Shown here one piece after another: positions 25,691-37,577 of a stretch of 64,000 nt of DNA. Each line of letters opens with the position of its first letter. Within the stretch, counting starts at the first letter, position 1. The stretch lies in contig NW_021833704.1 of the NCBI RefSeq assembly GCF_006345805.1, positions 8,186 through 72,185 of the forward strand, in the 5' to 3' direction. The translations under genes and the position numbers were made by a program. The notes beneath the pieces were generated by a model. It made no database searches, was not told the origin of the DNA, and saw only the letters and a list, made by a program, of their open reading frames with translations. This DNA is from Octopus sinensis (taxonomy: Eukaryota).

Positions 25691-26538
25691 TGTACATAAA
25701 GGGGTATACATAAAGGAGTAATATGATACAATAAGTACAATATGTATAGGAGAATATAAATATAAATAAATATAAATATAAATATAAACTACATCTTACA
25801 GCTGTTTCGGCCCTGCAGATAAGTATGTCTCATTTTGCTTAATGCTTTGCATGGTACTGTAGTACTATTGTGGTCCTTAGTTTTGCTATTATATTGCTAA
25901 TAATGGGATCTATATATTGTTTTGCTAGTATTAGTGTTATTAATAATAAGAATAATGATATTGGTAGCATTAGTGGTAATGATAGTGGTAATGATGTTAA
26001 CATTAATGACATTTTGTAAATTAATATAAATTAATATAATGTACTCTTGACTCTGTATATCTGCATTTGGGTATTAATATGTGTATGTTTTTTATATTGT
26101 AATATCACAATATTAAGTTGAAAAACTGTAACATTGAATATGGAACATATGTATGTTTATTGATTTATATTATTTATATTATCATGTATGTGTATATGTA
26201 TATGTATAGGAGTATGAGTATATGCACTCATATGTATATGTATATGATTTATTATGGGTATGTACCCACACTTATGAAAGTGTATATGTAATTTGGTTTG
26301 TATTTCATAATCTCCGAAGAGGCCTTAGGATATTTTTGTAAATGTCTCATTTATAACTACATATTGACCTAACACACATGGCTAATATAAGCAAAATGAG
26401 ACATACTTATCTGCAGGGCCGAAACAGCTGTAAGATATAGTTTATATTTATATTTATATTTATTTATATTTATATTCTCTTATACATATTGTACTTATTG
26501 TATCATATTACTCCTTTATGTACACTCCTTTATGTACA
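25691..26538 (+). mobile_element. PLE-like non-coding element with ~150-bp inverted terminal duplication and an HHR-like motif
   Basis: 25691-25841 is the reverse complement of 26388-26538; HHR-like motif at 26310-26436. Confidence 0.7.
26310..26436 (+). ncRNA. Hammerhead-like motif with U4>C core variant and ~90-nt extended stem II
   Basis: AUCU-CCGAAGA-GGCC...GGCC-GAAA-CAGCUG-UA-AGAU; palindromic ACAGCUGU stem III; internal pairing UGUCUCAUUU/AAAUGAGACA. Confidence 0.6.
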
Positions 26539-26665
26539 CTGTTTTGTCATATATTATTATGTTTGATTTTAAAGTTTCTTATGTGGTGGTTTAATAAAGT
26601 ATGTGATTGGGTATTATCTGGTAGTTGATATTTGATTTGGATGTATTTCTCCATTTTCTTATTTT

Positions 26666-27410
26666 GTATTTCCGCTCCACCGGTCACTCCTTGCAACACC
26701 TATCTGTGTTCGGTTTGTCCTTACACAGAGGCCATCCGGATTCCCGTTTGCGCCGTGAACAGGAATTAATCTTCTCTCTTCGCTCTTATACGCCATTTGG
26801 TCTCAACTCTCCCCCCTCCTCATCTAACCCCCCTCTCCCCCTCCTCACCTATCCTTTCTCCCCCCGACCCCTACTTCTTCAGTCCTTCATCCTTTCACCC
26901 CTACTCCCCTTCCCTTCTTCCCTCTTCTCCCTCCCTCTTCCCCCTCCCTCTGCTCCCTCACTCCCTCTCTCCCCTTCTCTCTCTCCCCTCTCCCTCTTCC
27001 TCCTCCTTCATCCCCCTCCTCACCTTCCTTCTCCCCCATCGTCTCCTCTTCCCCCTTCTCCTCCCCCTCTTCTTCCCCTCCCCTTCTCTCCCCCTCTTCT
27101 CCCCTCCCCCTCTTCTCCTCACTACACCACATGACTTTACACATCACATCACATATGATGTGCCATACTAATACACACACAACCACTAATACATACTAAT
27201 ACGTACTAATACATACTAGTACATACTAATACTTACACCAACCCTATACATACACACGTCCAGACCCCGCATACGCACTTATACTCTCTCACACACACAC
27301 ACACACACCTATACATACCAATACGTACTAATACATACTAATACATACTAATACATACACAACCCCATACATACGCACGTCCAGACCAATCTTACGCACT
27401 AATACTCTCT

Positions 27411-27445
<35 letters not shown>

Positions 27446-27814
27446 GTATACATACTAAACATACAACACAACCCTATACATACACACATCCAGACCCCTC
27501 CCACGCACTTTTAGCTGGTCACTCAACCCTTTATCAACCCTATTATCTCCCCTTATTTCGCTCTCGCGTCTCATGTTTGATCTTTGACCTCTGGCCGAAA
27601 TCAGATCGCCATGTTGATTCGTTAGCTACTGCACGCATTTTTTTTCTCTCCTTCTTCTGTGTTTTTCTCTCTCTGTGTATCTTTCTGTTGAAGAGCGTAG
27701 GCTCGAAACGTTAAAGACTTGTTTTATTTATATTTCCTGAGCGCCATACTAATACAATTGTTCGTTTGTCTTCCACCTGCCTTCGTCTTTTGTTTATTTC
27801 ATAAAGCTTCCCGT
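26666..27814 (+). mobile_element. Penelope-like element, 5'-truncated (GIY-YIG C-terminus, 3' region, HHR-like motif)
   Basis: FRSTGHSLQHLSVFGLSLHRGHPDSRLRREQELIFSLRSYTPFGLN resembles a PLE GIY-YIG C-terminus; pyrimidine tract; HHR-like motif at 27680-27717; ends at (TA)n. Confidence 0.82.
27680..27717 (+). ncRNA. Minimal HHR-like motif, A6>U variant
   Basis: UCUUU-CUGUUGA-A-GAGC GUAG GCUC-GAAA-CG-UU-AAAGA; AACGUU palindromic stem III. Confidence 0.65.
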
Positions 27815-28737
27815 TATATATTATATATATATATATATATAATATTATATATTATATATAGAGAGAGAGAGAGAGAGATAGAGAGATAACTTAGATAGAT
27901 AGATAAATAGATAGATTAGATGTATATGTATACATACATATGTATGTATACATGTATGTATGTATGTATGTATGCATGTATGTATGTATTTGTGTATGTG
28001 TGTGTGTGTATGTATGTATGTATGTATGTATGTATGTATGTATGTATGTATGCATGCATGTATGTATGTATGTATGTATGTATGTATGTATGTATGTATG
28101 TATGTATGAATAATTTGTTGTTCAAAAGAACTTGTAGCGAGACACGAACCTTGTGCCGCCTGAATTCTTTCAAAGTTCACGGAAACTCAATTAAGAAAGT
28201 GATTTACAAGGTAAACTGGTCCCTAAATTCTCTATGCAAACGCTAGCATGAAGCTGAACCTTTTTGATACAAGTTATATATGTATTAAAAAATGTCCCAG
28301 ATTGGAGGACTATGTTTAACAAGAATATCATTCCCAGGATAAGAAATATTCTCATACGAAATAGAATCGACGTCTCAAATCGCTTAAACGAAAAAAAACC
28401 AGTGACAAGGAAAAATCCTACTTAAGAATGTCACTTACTGAAGTTATGAATGAAATCAGATGTTGGCACGAAAACGAACGAACACTAAAGGATACGAAGT
28501 CTGTAGAAACTTAAAACCGATTCCAAAGTCTTCGACGGATTTGTAAACGAAGAAAAAAAAAGAAAAACGAAAAAGAATAGCTTCAGTGAGGGGATTACAA
28601 AATAGAACCAATTGTTGGAAGGTAATATCTCACAAGTTACATACCGTCTAATGGTAAGTGAAATACAGAATGATACTGTGTATTACACTGTGTCAGTGAT
28701 ACATATGGGAATAGTTGAACCACATAAGTTAGTCGAG

Positions 28738-29040
28738 TGGAGGCACATAGCCTAGTGGTTAGAGCAGCAGACTCGCGGTCGAGAGATCGCGGGTTCGAAT
28801 CTCAGACCGGGCGATGTGTGTGTTTATGAGCGAAATACCTAAGCTCCACGCGGCTCCGGCAGAAGGTAATGGCGAACTTCTGCTGACTCTTTCGCCACAA
28901 CTTTCTCTCACTCTTTCCTTCTGCATCTTGCAGCTCACCTGCGACGGACCGGCGTCCCGTCCAGGTGGGGAACCTATACGCCAAGGAAACCGGGAAACCG
29001 GCCCTTATGAGTCAGGCATGGCTAGAGAAGGAACAAACAT
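28738..29040 (+). mobile_element. SINE with a family-C head and a different 3' body
   Basis: Head GGAGGCACATAGCCTAGTGGTTAGAGC...GGGTTCGAATCTC, shared to CACAACTTTCTCTCACTC, then CTGCGACGGACCGGCGTCCCGTCCAGG... absent from other C copies. Confidence 0.7.
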
Positions 29041-29099
29041 AAGTTACTCGGCGCTCCAGTTGTGCTTAGTGGTGGTCGTCTGCTTGATTTCGGGCCAAT

Positions 29100-29345
29100 C
29101 TGCTTTCTCATTGCACACATATGCCTACTGTAACAGGTTTGATTGCATTTCTGTGGTGGGCTCTCAAATGACTGCCTGGTTCTGATCTTGCTTTATTTTG
29201 TGTGAGGTTGGGTGTGAGAGTGTGTGACAAATGTTGTATGCAGTTTGATCCACGTGCTGTTGGTCATCCAATATGTGACCGTTTATGGATAACATGTCCG
29301 GCTTCTGTAAGTATAATGCAACCACAGACTGTGCAGGCGAGGTAA
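29100..29345 (-). mobile_element. Possible degenerate LINE C-terminal C2H2 Zn-finger fragment (RTE-like)
   Basis: One minus frame reads VYLACTVCGCIILTEAGHVIHKRSH, followed by stops. Confidence 0.35.
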
Positions 29346-30718
29346 ACTCTGAAATCTCAACTGCTTTTCGGAAATTACATTTCACTATTTGGGGTTCCTA
29401 GACTGCAGGCCATTGTCCTTCGTTAGAGACCCCCATTCCGTTTTATTTTGTATTAGTTGTTTCCAACAAACAATGCTGATGTTGAAGGTCTTAAGATTGT
29501 TGTTTTTTGTTCTTTTTTATAAACGTCAATAAATCTCTCTTTTGATTTGTGCTGGGAACACTTTCTGACAACTAATTCTTCCTAAAGTAATCATTTTGGA
29601 AGCATGAAACTATTAAGGTGGATGACTTGGACCAACTCATAGCCTATGGTACTTGATAAGGTGAGTTTCCATTCCGAGACAACACACCTTCTTCGACAGT
29701 TTCGTGTCAGGTGTAAGAGATTTCCAACAGATGATTAATATATACCTTAGACGCTTATGGCGAAATTTTTCAAGTAACTTTTATATCAGAAAATGGCAAC
29801 TAGCCATTAAGATCGATATAACGAGCCAACAAACGAGAGAGAGAGTCTCTACCTGGTCGTTCGATCTGCTAAACAACAGCCAAACCTCCTCCAATTCACA
29901 CCACATTGTCTTCAGTTATGAAAGAACACATAAAATATAATACTAGACACAAGTAAAAAAGACAGAGCGGTCACGCCTGAAATCATAGGCCAGCTCTGTC
30001 ACAGCTAACCTAGAGCTACAGAAGTTATTGATATAAAAAAAGAAAACATCATAATATATGTATAAATCAAATTAATCCGAACTCGTATAATTTTTTGATA
30101 TTATTACTGGAAGCTGAGGCTGCTGGTAAGCCAGCCAAACATACTCGTGTTGCACTAGAGTGTTGTGAAGGCTTGCTATGACAGCTAGATCTTGTGTATT
30201 TCATATCCTCCCACAAAGACTTAAGAGTGTATATTACCGGATTCATACAAAACTTTGAGCACTCTCCCGAATAAGATCCCGTGTGAACCTCGAAAAGGTT
30301 CATCATCGAAAGAAATGTATAAAAGTGAGTCGCTTCATTCTCCGCCGAAGAACACAACATTGAAGACCACAGACTTATGTCTGAAATCAATGGAAGATTA
30401 TCACACACATACTCAAGCACGCACATACATATATGTATATATATATTGTATATATGTATCTATGTATCTATATATACATATATATATATATATATAATCT
30501 ATATATATATATATATATAATATTATATATATATGGTGTGTGTGTTGTATGTGTGTGTGTGCGTGTGTGTGTGTGTGTGGTGTGTGTGTGTGTGGTGTGT
30601 GTGTGGTGGTGTGGGCAAAAATATACTTTTCCATTTTTCCCGAGCGTTAAACTAATACAGCTGCTTATTGTTCCTACACTTATCTTCGCTTTGTTTTTAA
30701 AATTTGAACGATATATAT

Positions 30719-31853
30719 AACACCTTCGTGACATCCACCTTGCGAACGACACACCGGTCTCACGCCATTTCCGCTCCACCGGTCACTCCTTGCAACACCT
30801 ATCTGTGTTCGGTTTGTCCTTACACAGAGGCCATCCGGATTCCCGTTTGCGCCGTGAACAGGAATTAATCTTCTCTCTTCGCTCTTATACGCCATTTGGT
30901 CTCAACTCTCCCCCCCTCCTCATCTACCCCCCCCCCTCCTCACCTATCCTTTCTCCCCCCGACCCCTACTTCTTCAGTCCCTTCCTCCTTTCACCCCTAC
31001 TCCCTTCCCTTCTTCCCTCTTTCTCCCTCCCTCTTCCCTCCCTTCCTCTTCTCCCTCTCCCCCTCTCCCCTTCCTTCTCCCCCATCCTCTCCTCTTCCCC
31101 CCTTCTCCTCCCCCTCTCTTCCCCTCCCCTTCTCTCCCCCTCTTCTCCCCCTCCCCCTTCTCCTCACTCACTACACCACATGACTTTACACATCACACAT
31201 CACATATGATGTGCCATACTAATACACACACCAACTAATACTACTAATACGTACTAATACATACTAGTACATACTAATACTTACACCAACCCTATACATA
31301 CACACGTCCAGACCCCGCATACGCACTTATACTCTCTCACACACACACACACCTATACATACCAATACGTACTAATACATACTATACATACTAATACATA
31401 CACCACCCCATACATACGCACGTCCAGACCAATCCTACGCACTAATACTCTCATCATACACACAACACACACAACACACACACCCTTATACATACTATAC
31501 ATACACCAACCCTATACATACACACATCCAGACCCCTCCCACGCACTTTTAGCTGGTCCCTCAACCCATTTATCAACCCTATTATCTCCCCTTATTTCGC
31601 CTCTCGCGTTTCATGTTTGATCTTTGACCTCTGGCCGAAATCAGATCGCCATGTTGATTCGTTAGCTACTGCACGCATTTTTTTCTCTCCTTCTTTCTGT
31701 GTTTTTCTCTCTCTGTGTATCTTCTGTTGAAGAGCGTAGGCTCGAAACGTTAAAGACTTGTTTTATTTATATTCCTGAGCGCCATACTAATACAATTGTT
31801 CGTTTGTTTTCCACCTGCCTTCGTCTTTTGTTTATTTTCATAAAGCTTCCCGT
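30719..31853 (+). mobile_element. Penelope-like element, second 5'-truncated copy
   Basis: HLRDIHLANDTPVSRHFRSTGHS...EQELIFSLRSYTPFGLN; near-identical to 26666-27814; HHR-like motif at 31720-31756; ends at (TA)n. Confidence 0.85.
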
Positions 31854-31906
<53 letters not shown>

Positions 31907-31907
31907 T

Positions 31908-32112
31908 AGTTAATCCAAACATGAAAACACAAAGAGAAAACACAACAACGCGAGGACGTGGAACAAATATAGTATTATTGGACGCTCAGGAAGGAAGGGA
32001 AGAGGAGGGCTTTATGTTTCGAGCGGAGCTCTTCGTCAGAAACATAGGAAAATAAAATCCAGGGAAGGGAAGACGGAGGGAAAAAATCGCCAACGGTACA
32101 CACGCGGTCACA
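31908..32112 (-). mobile_element. Short PLE-derived element with a canonical-core HHR-like motif (32010-32043)
   Basis: Minus strand GUUU-CUGACGA-A-GAGC UCC GCUC-GAAA-CA-UA-AAGC followed by CCTGAGCG..TAATAC as in the Penelope 3' ends; (TA)n on both sides. Confidence 0.65.
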
Positions 32113-32151
32113 TTATATATATATATATATATATATATCGATGTATATATA

Positions 32152-32199
<48 letters not shown>

Positions 32200-32888
32200 G
32201 TATGTGCATATATATATATATACATGCACACACATATTCGAGTGAATTGCCTGAAGTTTAGACATTTTAATAAATTTCACTCAATTTCTAAGTTATATGA
32301 GGGTGTGCTCGTAAATGCATATATAAAATTATACATGTGTGTGTGTTGGTATACATATATAGATTATATATACTTATATATATTTATGTGTATGTGTGCG
32401 AAACACGCAGACACATACATAGAATGTGGACAAAAACATTAAGCTAGAATAGATTCCTTTATAGAATGTTATTAAAATAACTTCTCTTCAGACTACGGAA
32501 CCGTTGCATTGCAAATGAAGTTCTACTTTGACAGGCTTGTTAGTGTTTCTATCATTCCAATAATATTTGCTTAATTAAGATTTTGTTATAATCTATTAAT
32601 ATAAGCATTTAGAGAATGCTATGTAATTTACACGTTATGAACAAATTTGCATTACATATTACAAATCACATGACATTTTAATTATTGATGATGCGTGTAA
32701 TGATAAGATAGCGTTCATAAAATGGCTTATTTGGAAAGCATAAAAGCTATGTAGACGGATGTTACTTTATGTTGCGGTACGACCCGTGATAAGTAATTAA
32801 CGACAGGAAGATTTCAGGTATGCAATATTATACAGGCCAGTCATCTACTTACATAAAACTGGCACTTACGAGCATACACACGCACACA

Positions 32889-32922
<34 letters not shown>

Positions 32923-33387
32923 ACACACACACACACACACACCACATACACACGCACGATATTCATGCATACCCATACTAGTCACGCATCACATGTACAT
33001 CATAGTGTTCTCTCTCTTTCTTTCTTTCTTTCTTTCTATCTCTCACTCTTTCTCTCTCTCTCTCTCTCTCTCTCCCTATATATATATATATATATATATA
33101 ATTTCAACAATTGAGGGTAAAATTAATTAATTATTAATCAATTTCACCAAGTATTCAGTATGCAAAGGGACCATTTAAGGCGAATTCAAATTATTACATT
33201 ATATAAAAGGGCTTAGTAAAATAAATTACTTTGCCGCATACTGAACTCATTAGAAATAGTAGCTAAAAAAACTTTTTTAAAACTATTTCTAATACTTAAA
33301 GAAAACCTCTCTCATATAGTGTTTGCTCAATTCAACTCACGAAAGTATGGGGGTAAAGACATTAAAAAATCAAATGCAAAGGTTATT

Positions 33388-33439
33388 TGAGAACGTACGT
33401 TTCAAGATTAGTCAACTCGACATTTCTATCATCAGCTCA
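33388..33439 (-). ncRNA. Type I hammerhead ribozyme
   Basis: UGAG-CUGAUGA-U AGA AAU GUC GAGUU GAC UAA UCU U-GAAA-CGUACG-UU-CUCA; palindromic AACGUACGUU; GUU triplet. Confidence 0.8.
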
Positions 33440-34036
33440 GAACTCCTTGGTTTGGATTTGAAAACACTGAAAGTGGGAGCATACCCTTTCGGCTTCTTAT
33501 CGCTTCTGAAGATCTGCTCGAAACTAACAGTGCCAGCAAACTCAAATATGCAAGCGAAGAATTTCTGCTCTCTCCCCTTTCCACCAGCGTGGGTAAAATC
33601 AGTAAACACTATGCTTTTTTCGGTAAAATCCGAGGCATTAAATAGAGAGAGATGAATTATAATTTCAACAATTGAGGGTAAAATTAATTGATTATTAATC
33701 AATTTCACCAAGTATTCAGTATGCAAAGGGACCATTTAAGGCGAATTCAAATTATTACATTATATAAAAGGGCTTAGTAAAATAAATTACTTTGCCGCAT
33801 ACTGAACTCATTAGAAATAGTAGCTAAAAAAACTTTTTTAAAACTATTTCTAATACTTAAAGAAAACCTCTCTCATATAGTGTTTGCTCAATTCAACTCA
33901 CGAAGTATGGGGGTAAAGACATTAAAAAATCAAATGCAAAGGTTATTTGAGACGTACGTTTCAAGATTAGTCAACTCGACATTTCTAAAGGGTATGCTCC
34001 CACTTTCAGTGTTTCCAAATCCAAACCAAGGAGTTC

Positions 34037-34088
34037 TGAGCTGATGATAGAAATGTCGAGTTGACTAATCTTGAAACGTACGTTCTCA
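34037..34088 (+). ncRNA. Type I hammerhead ribozyme (in the inverted copy)
   Basis: Same sequence as 33388-33439 on the opposite strand. Confidence 0.8.
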
Positions 34089-34288
34089 AATAACCTTTGC
34101 ATTTGATTTTTTAATGTCTTTACCCCCATACTTTCGTGAGTTGAATTGAGCAAACACTATATGAGAGAGGTTTTCTTTAAGTATTAGAAATAGTTTTTAA
34201 AAAGTTTTTTTAGCTACTATTTCTAATGAGTTCAGTATGCGGCAAAGTAATTTATTTTACTAAGCCCTTTTATATAATATATATATAT

Positions 34289-34338
<50 letters not shown>

Positions 34339-34358
34339 ATAATATATATATATATTTA

Positions 34359-35693
34359 TACAGGGTGTTCCAGAAGTCTTGGAACATTTTGACATTGAAT
34401 ATCTTGAAAACTATTAAGGACATAAAAACGCTTCTGATATATTCTGAAAGCCTGCAATTTCAATTTTTTTTTTATGGAATGTTCAAAGATGTTCAATGTG
34501 AGCACCGTTGGTCACACGGCACACATCAAGCCGATAGTCCAATTTTTGCCAAACGCATTCGAACATTGCGTTGTCGATGGTTGCAACAGCTTTCGTTATT
34601 CGGGCCTTCAGTTCATCCACGTCTTTTGGAAGAGGGGGCACATAGACCAGTCCTTTCACAACCTCCCACAAAAAGAAATCACAGGGTGTGAAGTCTGAAG
34701 ACTTGGGAGGCCAGAGCATGAGAACGCGATCATCTCGCCCAGACCGTCCAATCCATCTGTCTGGCAGTGTTGTGTTCAGATATTGTCTAACCCTGAGGTT
34801 CCAGTGCGGTAGCACCCCATCCTGTTGTAAAATGAAGTCGTCAGGCTCTTCCTCACTCAACTTATCCATTAACCAGTTTTCTAGCATGTCGAGGTACGTG
34901 ACACCATTGACTGTTGCTCCTTCAAGGAAGAATGGTCCGTAGACAGCTTTCTTGGACATGGCACAAAACACGTTCACCTTTGGAGAATATCGCTGATGTT
35001 CAAGAAGTTCCATGTGGTTTTTCAGTACCCCATATGTGAGTGTTATGCTTGTTAACTTTGCCATTTACGTGGAAGGTCGCCACATCGCTAAAAACAAACC
35101 GGTCATCAAATCAGTCATCTTCCAACTTCTCTTGCATTGCAATGCAAAAGTCACGACAAGCTGGTTTATCAGTGTCCAGCAACTGTTGGACTAACTGTAG
35201 CTTGTAAGGTGTCATCTGTAGTCGTCTTTTTAAGATACGCCAAGCTGTTGTTGTAGGAAGCTGAAGTTCCCTACTGGCTCTTGATCGATTTTCGGGGGCT
35301 CCGCTCGAAGGCTGTTCGAACTCGCTCAACCGTATCATCTTAAGTTGAGGGGTGTCCATTCTCTTAGCTGGTTACAAACACCCATCCTTCATGAATTTAC
35401 CATGCCATCACAATATGGACTTCCTTTCTAGTGCCTCTTTTCGGAATTTTGTGTGAAATGCACTTTGAACAAGTGTCCATGATTCAGTTTTTGCAAATTC
35501 AAGGACTCAAAACGCCTTTTCTGGTTGAGTGAACGCCATAACTGGATCTGAGGAAATATGAAAAAATCATTAGCATTACAAAAAAACTTTATAAAATTAG
35601 CTTTAAACAGGTACCAGTTTCATCTTACTACCAATCAAAATCCAGCAGATATGAGGACTTGAAATGTGCCCAAGAGTTCTGAAACATCCTGTA
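34359..35693 (-). mobile_element. Tc1/mariner rosa-like transposon (D-D spacing 46), pseudogenised
   Basis: TIRs TACAGGGTGTTCCAGAAGTCTTGG / CCCAAGAGTTCTGAAACATCCTGTA; ORF 34483-35064 with QQDG..PH...VRQYLN...RWIGR...WPPKSSDFTPCDFFLW; N-terminal part has stops. Confidence 0.92.
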
Positions 35694-35699
35694 TATATA

Positions 35700-35930
35700 T
35701 ATATTCTTTTATTTGTTTCAGTCATTTGACTGCGGCCATGCCAGAGCACCGCCTTTAGTCGAACAAATTGACTCCAGGACTTATTCTTTGTAAGCCTAGT
35801 ACTTAGTCTATCGGTCTATTTTGCTAAACCGCTAAGTTACGGGTGCATAAGCACACCAACATTGGTTGTCAAGCGATGGTGGGGGGACAGAAGCACAGAC
35901 ATATATACACGCATGTGTAAGTATATATGA
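35700..35930 (-). mobile_element. SINE family A, 3' half
   Basis: TTTCAGTCATTTGACTGCGGCCATG...GTCAAGCGATGGT. Confidence 0.8.
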
Positions 35931-36087
35931 TATATCAATATATATATATATATGTGAGTTAGTGTGTGTATATGTGTGTGATTGTGTGTGGGTGTGCACG
36001 TGTGTGTGTGTGTGGGTAGGAGAATTAGTTTTGGGGGTATTCAATACACTTGTGGTCGCTTTTAAATTTTAAATTTTAAATTATCCT

Positions 36088-36488
36088 AAAATTAGAGAAT
36101 GGAGTAGATAAGCAGATAAAATCCAGGCTACATATGTACGTGTGTTTCATAGCTATCGGAACCTCGGTAGTAAGTTATCCAAACGAGGGGTAAACCCACG
36201 AGCTACGCTTCAGGCCAAGGGTAGCTTGATTACACGAAGTTTACATCGTCATTAGGAGATGTTTTCTTCCCGAACTGTACTTTCTAAGCATTTTGATCAA
36301 ATCCCCTACGAGTTAACACGAGATCTTCTAACGACAGTGTAAACTTCATGTAATCAAAGTGTCCTTGGCCTGAAGAATAGCTCGTGATCTACCCCTCGTT
36401 TGGATAATTATTACTACCGAGGTTTCGCTAGCTACGAAACATATCTAGCCTGGATATTATCTACTTATCCACTCCATTCGCTAATTTT
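36088..36488. mobile_element. Foldback/MITE-like element with ~190-bp imperfect inverted arms
   Basis: AAAATTAGAGAATGGAGT...CATTAGGAGAT versus ATCTTCTAACGAC...ACTCCATTCGCTAATTTT. Confidence 0.75.
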
Positions 36489-36499
36489 TGTATATATAT

Positions 36500-36712
36500 T
36501 TTTCTCTCCTTTTTTCTCTCCTTTTTTCTCTCTCCTTTTTTTCTCTCCTTTCTTTCTCTCCTTGTTTTTTCTGTGTACCTTTCTGTCGAAGAGCGTAGGC
36601 TCGAAACGTAAAAGACTTTTTCTATTCCTGAGCGCTATACTAATACATTTGTTTGTTTGTACTCTACCTGCCTTCGTCTTTTGTTTATTTTCGTAAACTT
36701 TCCCTTTATATA
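36500..36712 (+). mobile_element. PLE 3'-end fragment with an A6>U HHR-like motif (36579-36615)
   Basis: CUUU-CUGUCGA-A-GAGC GUAG GCUC-GAAA-CG-UA-AAAG; downstream CCTGAGCGCTATACTAATAC...CTGCCTTCGTCTTTTG as at 27735-27810. Confidence 0.72.
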
Positions 36713-37196
36713 TAAATGCTTTATGTAGAGTCATTAACATCATCACGAACAACAATTGTGGCTGACAGGATCTTCTAAACTTTCTTTTAAAATTTCTTTC
36801 TTTGTATCATTGAATGACTTCATTTCTCATCGCATTTTTGTTCGCATTTTTAAATCACTTCAAATATTTTAAATATCTCACCCATATAAATATGATACAT
36901 AGCTAACACCGATATGTAAATCAGTTTGCATATGAGAATCTGAATCCAGTTTCAACCGTAAGTTAGAATTTTAGTCAATAGGAAATCCTTTCGTTACCAA
37001 TCCGGCTGAAACCATCTCTGGCTCTGTAGTACAAATGTCTTGTTTTCAAAAGTCTTGAATTAAAATCTTATGCCAAACCTTAGTCACAATTTATGTTCCT
37101 AACACTAGCTTAATGATAACTAAGTTATTATTATAAATTCTTTGTTATATTTAAAATTAATTGAAAGAAACACAGAGCATCTCAACAGAAATACAG

Positions 37197-37577
37197 TGGA
37201 TGGAAGCACTCCGTCGGTAACGACGACGAGGGTTCCGGTTGATCCGAATCAACGGAACAGCCTGCTCGTGAAATTAACTGTGGCTGAGCACTCCACAGAC
37301 ACGTGTACTTTTAACGTAGTTCTCAGGGATATTCAGCGTGACACAAATAGTGACAAGGCCGGCCCTTTGAAATACAGGTAAAACAGAAACAGGAAGTAAG
37401 AGTGAGAGAAAGTTGTGGTGAAAGAGTACAGCAGGGATCACCACCGTCCCCTGCCGGAGCCTCGTGGAGCTTTAGGTGTTTTCGCTCAATAAACACTCAC
37501 AACGCCCGGTCTGGGAATCGAAACCGCGATCCTATGACCGCGAGTCCGCTGCCCTAACCACTGGGCCATTGCGCCTC
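37197..37577 (-). mobile_element. SINE family C with TSD
   Basis: CAGAAATACAGT flanks both ends. Confidence 0.88.

Larger units (their letters stand above)
33101..34278 (-). mobile_element. ~561-bp unit x1.6 plus a ~290-bp inverted copy, HHR-bearing, between (TA)n tracts
   Basis: 33101-33661 repeats at 33662-33987; 33987-34278 is the reverse complement of ~33198-33489. Confidence 0.85.

Noticed and set aside
30067-30426. 119-aa ORF in unique sequence
   Set aside because: No recognisable motif, starts in a microsatellite, no convincing splice sites.
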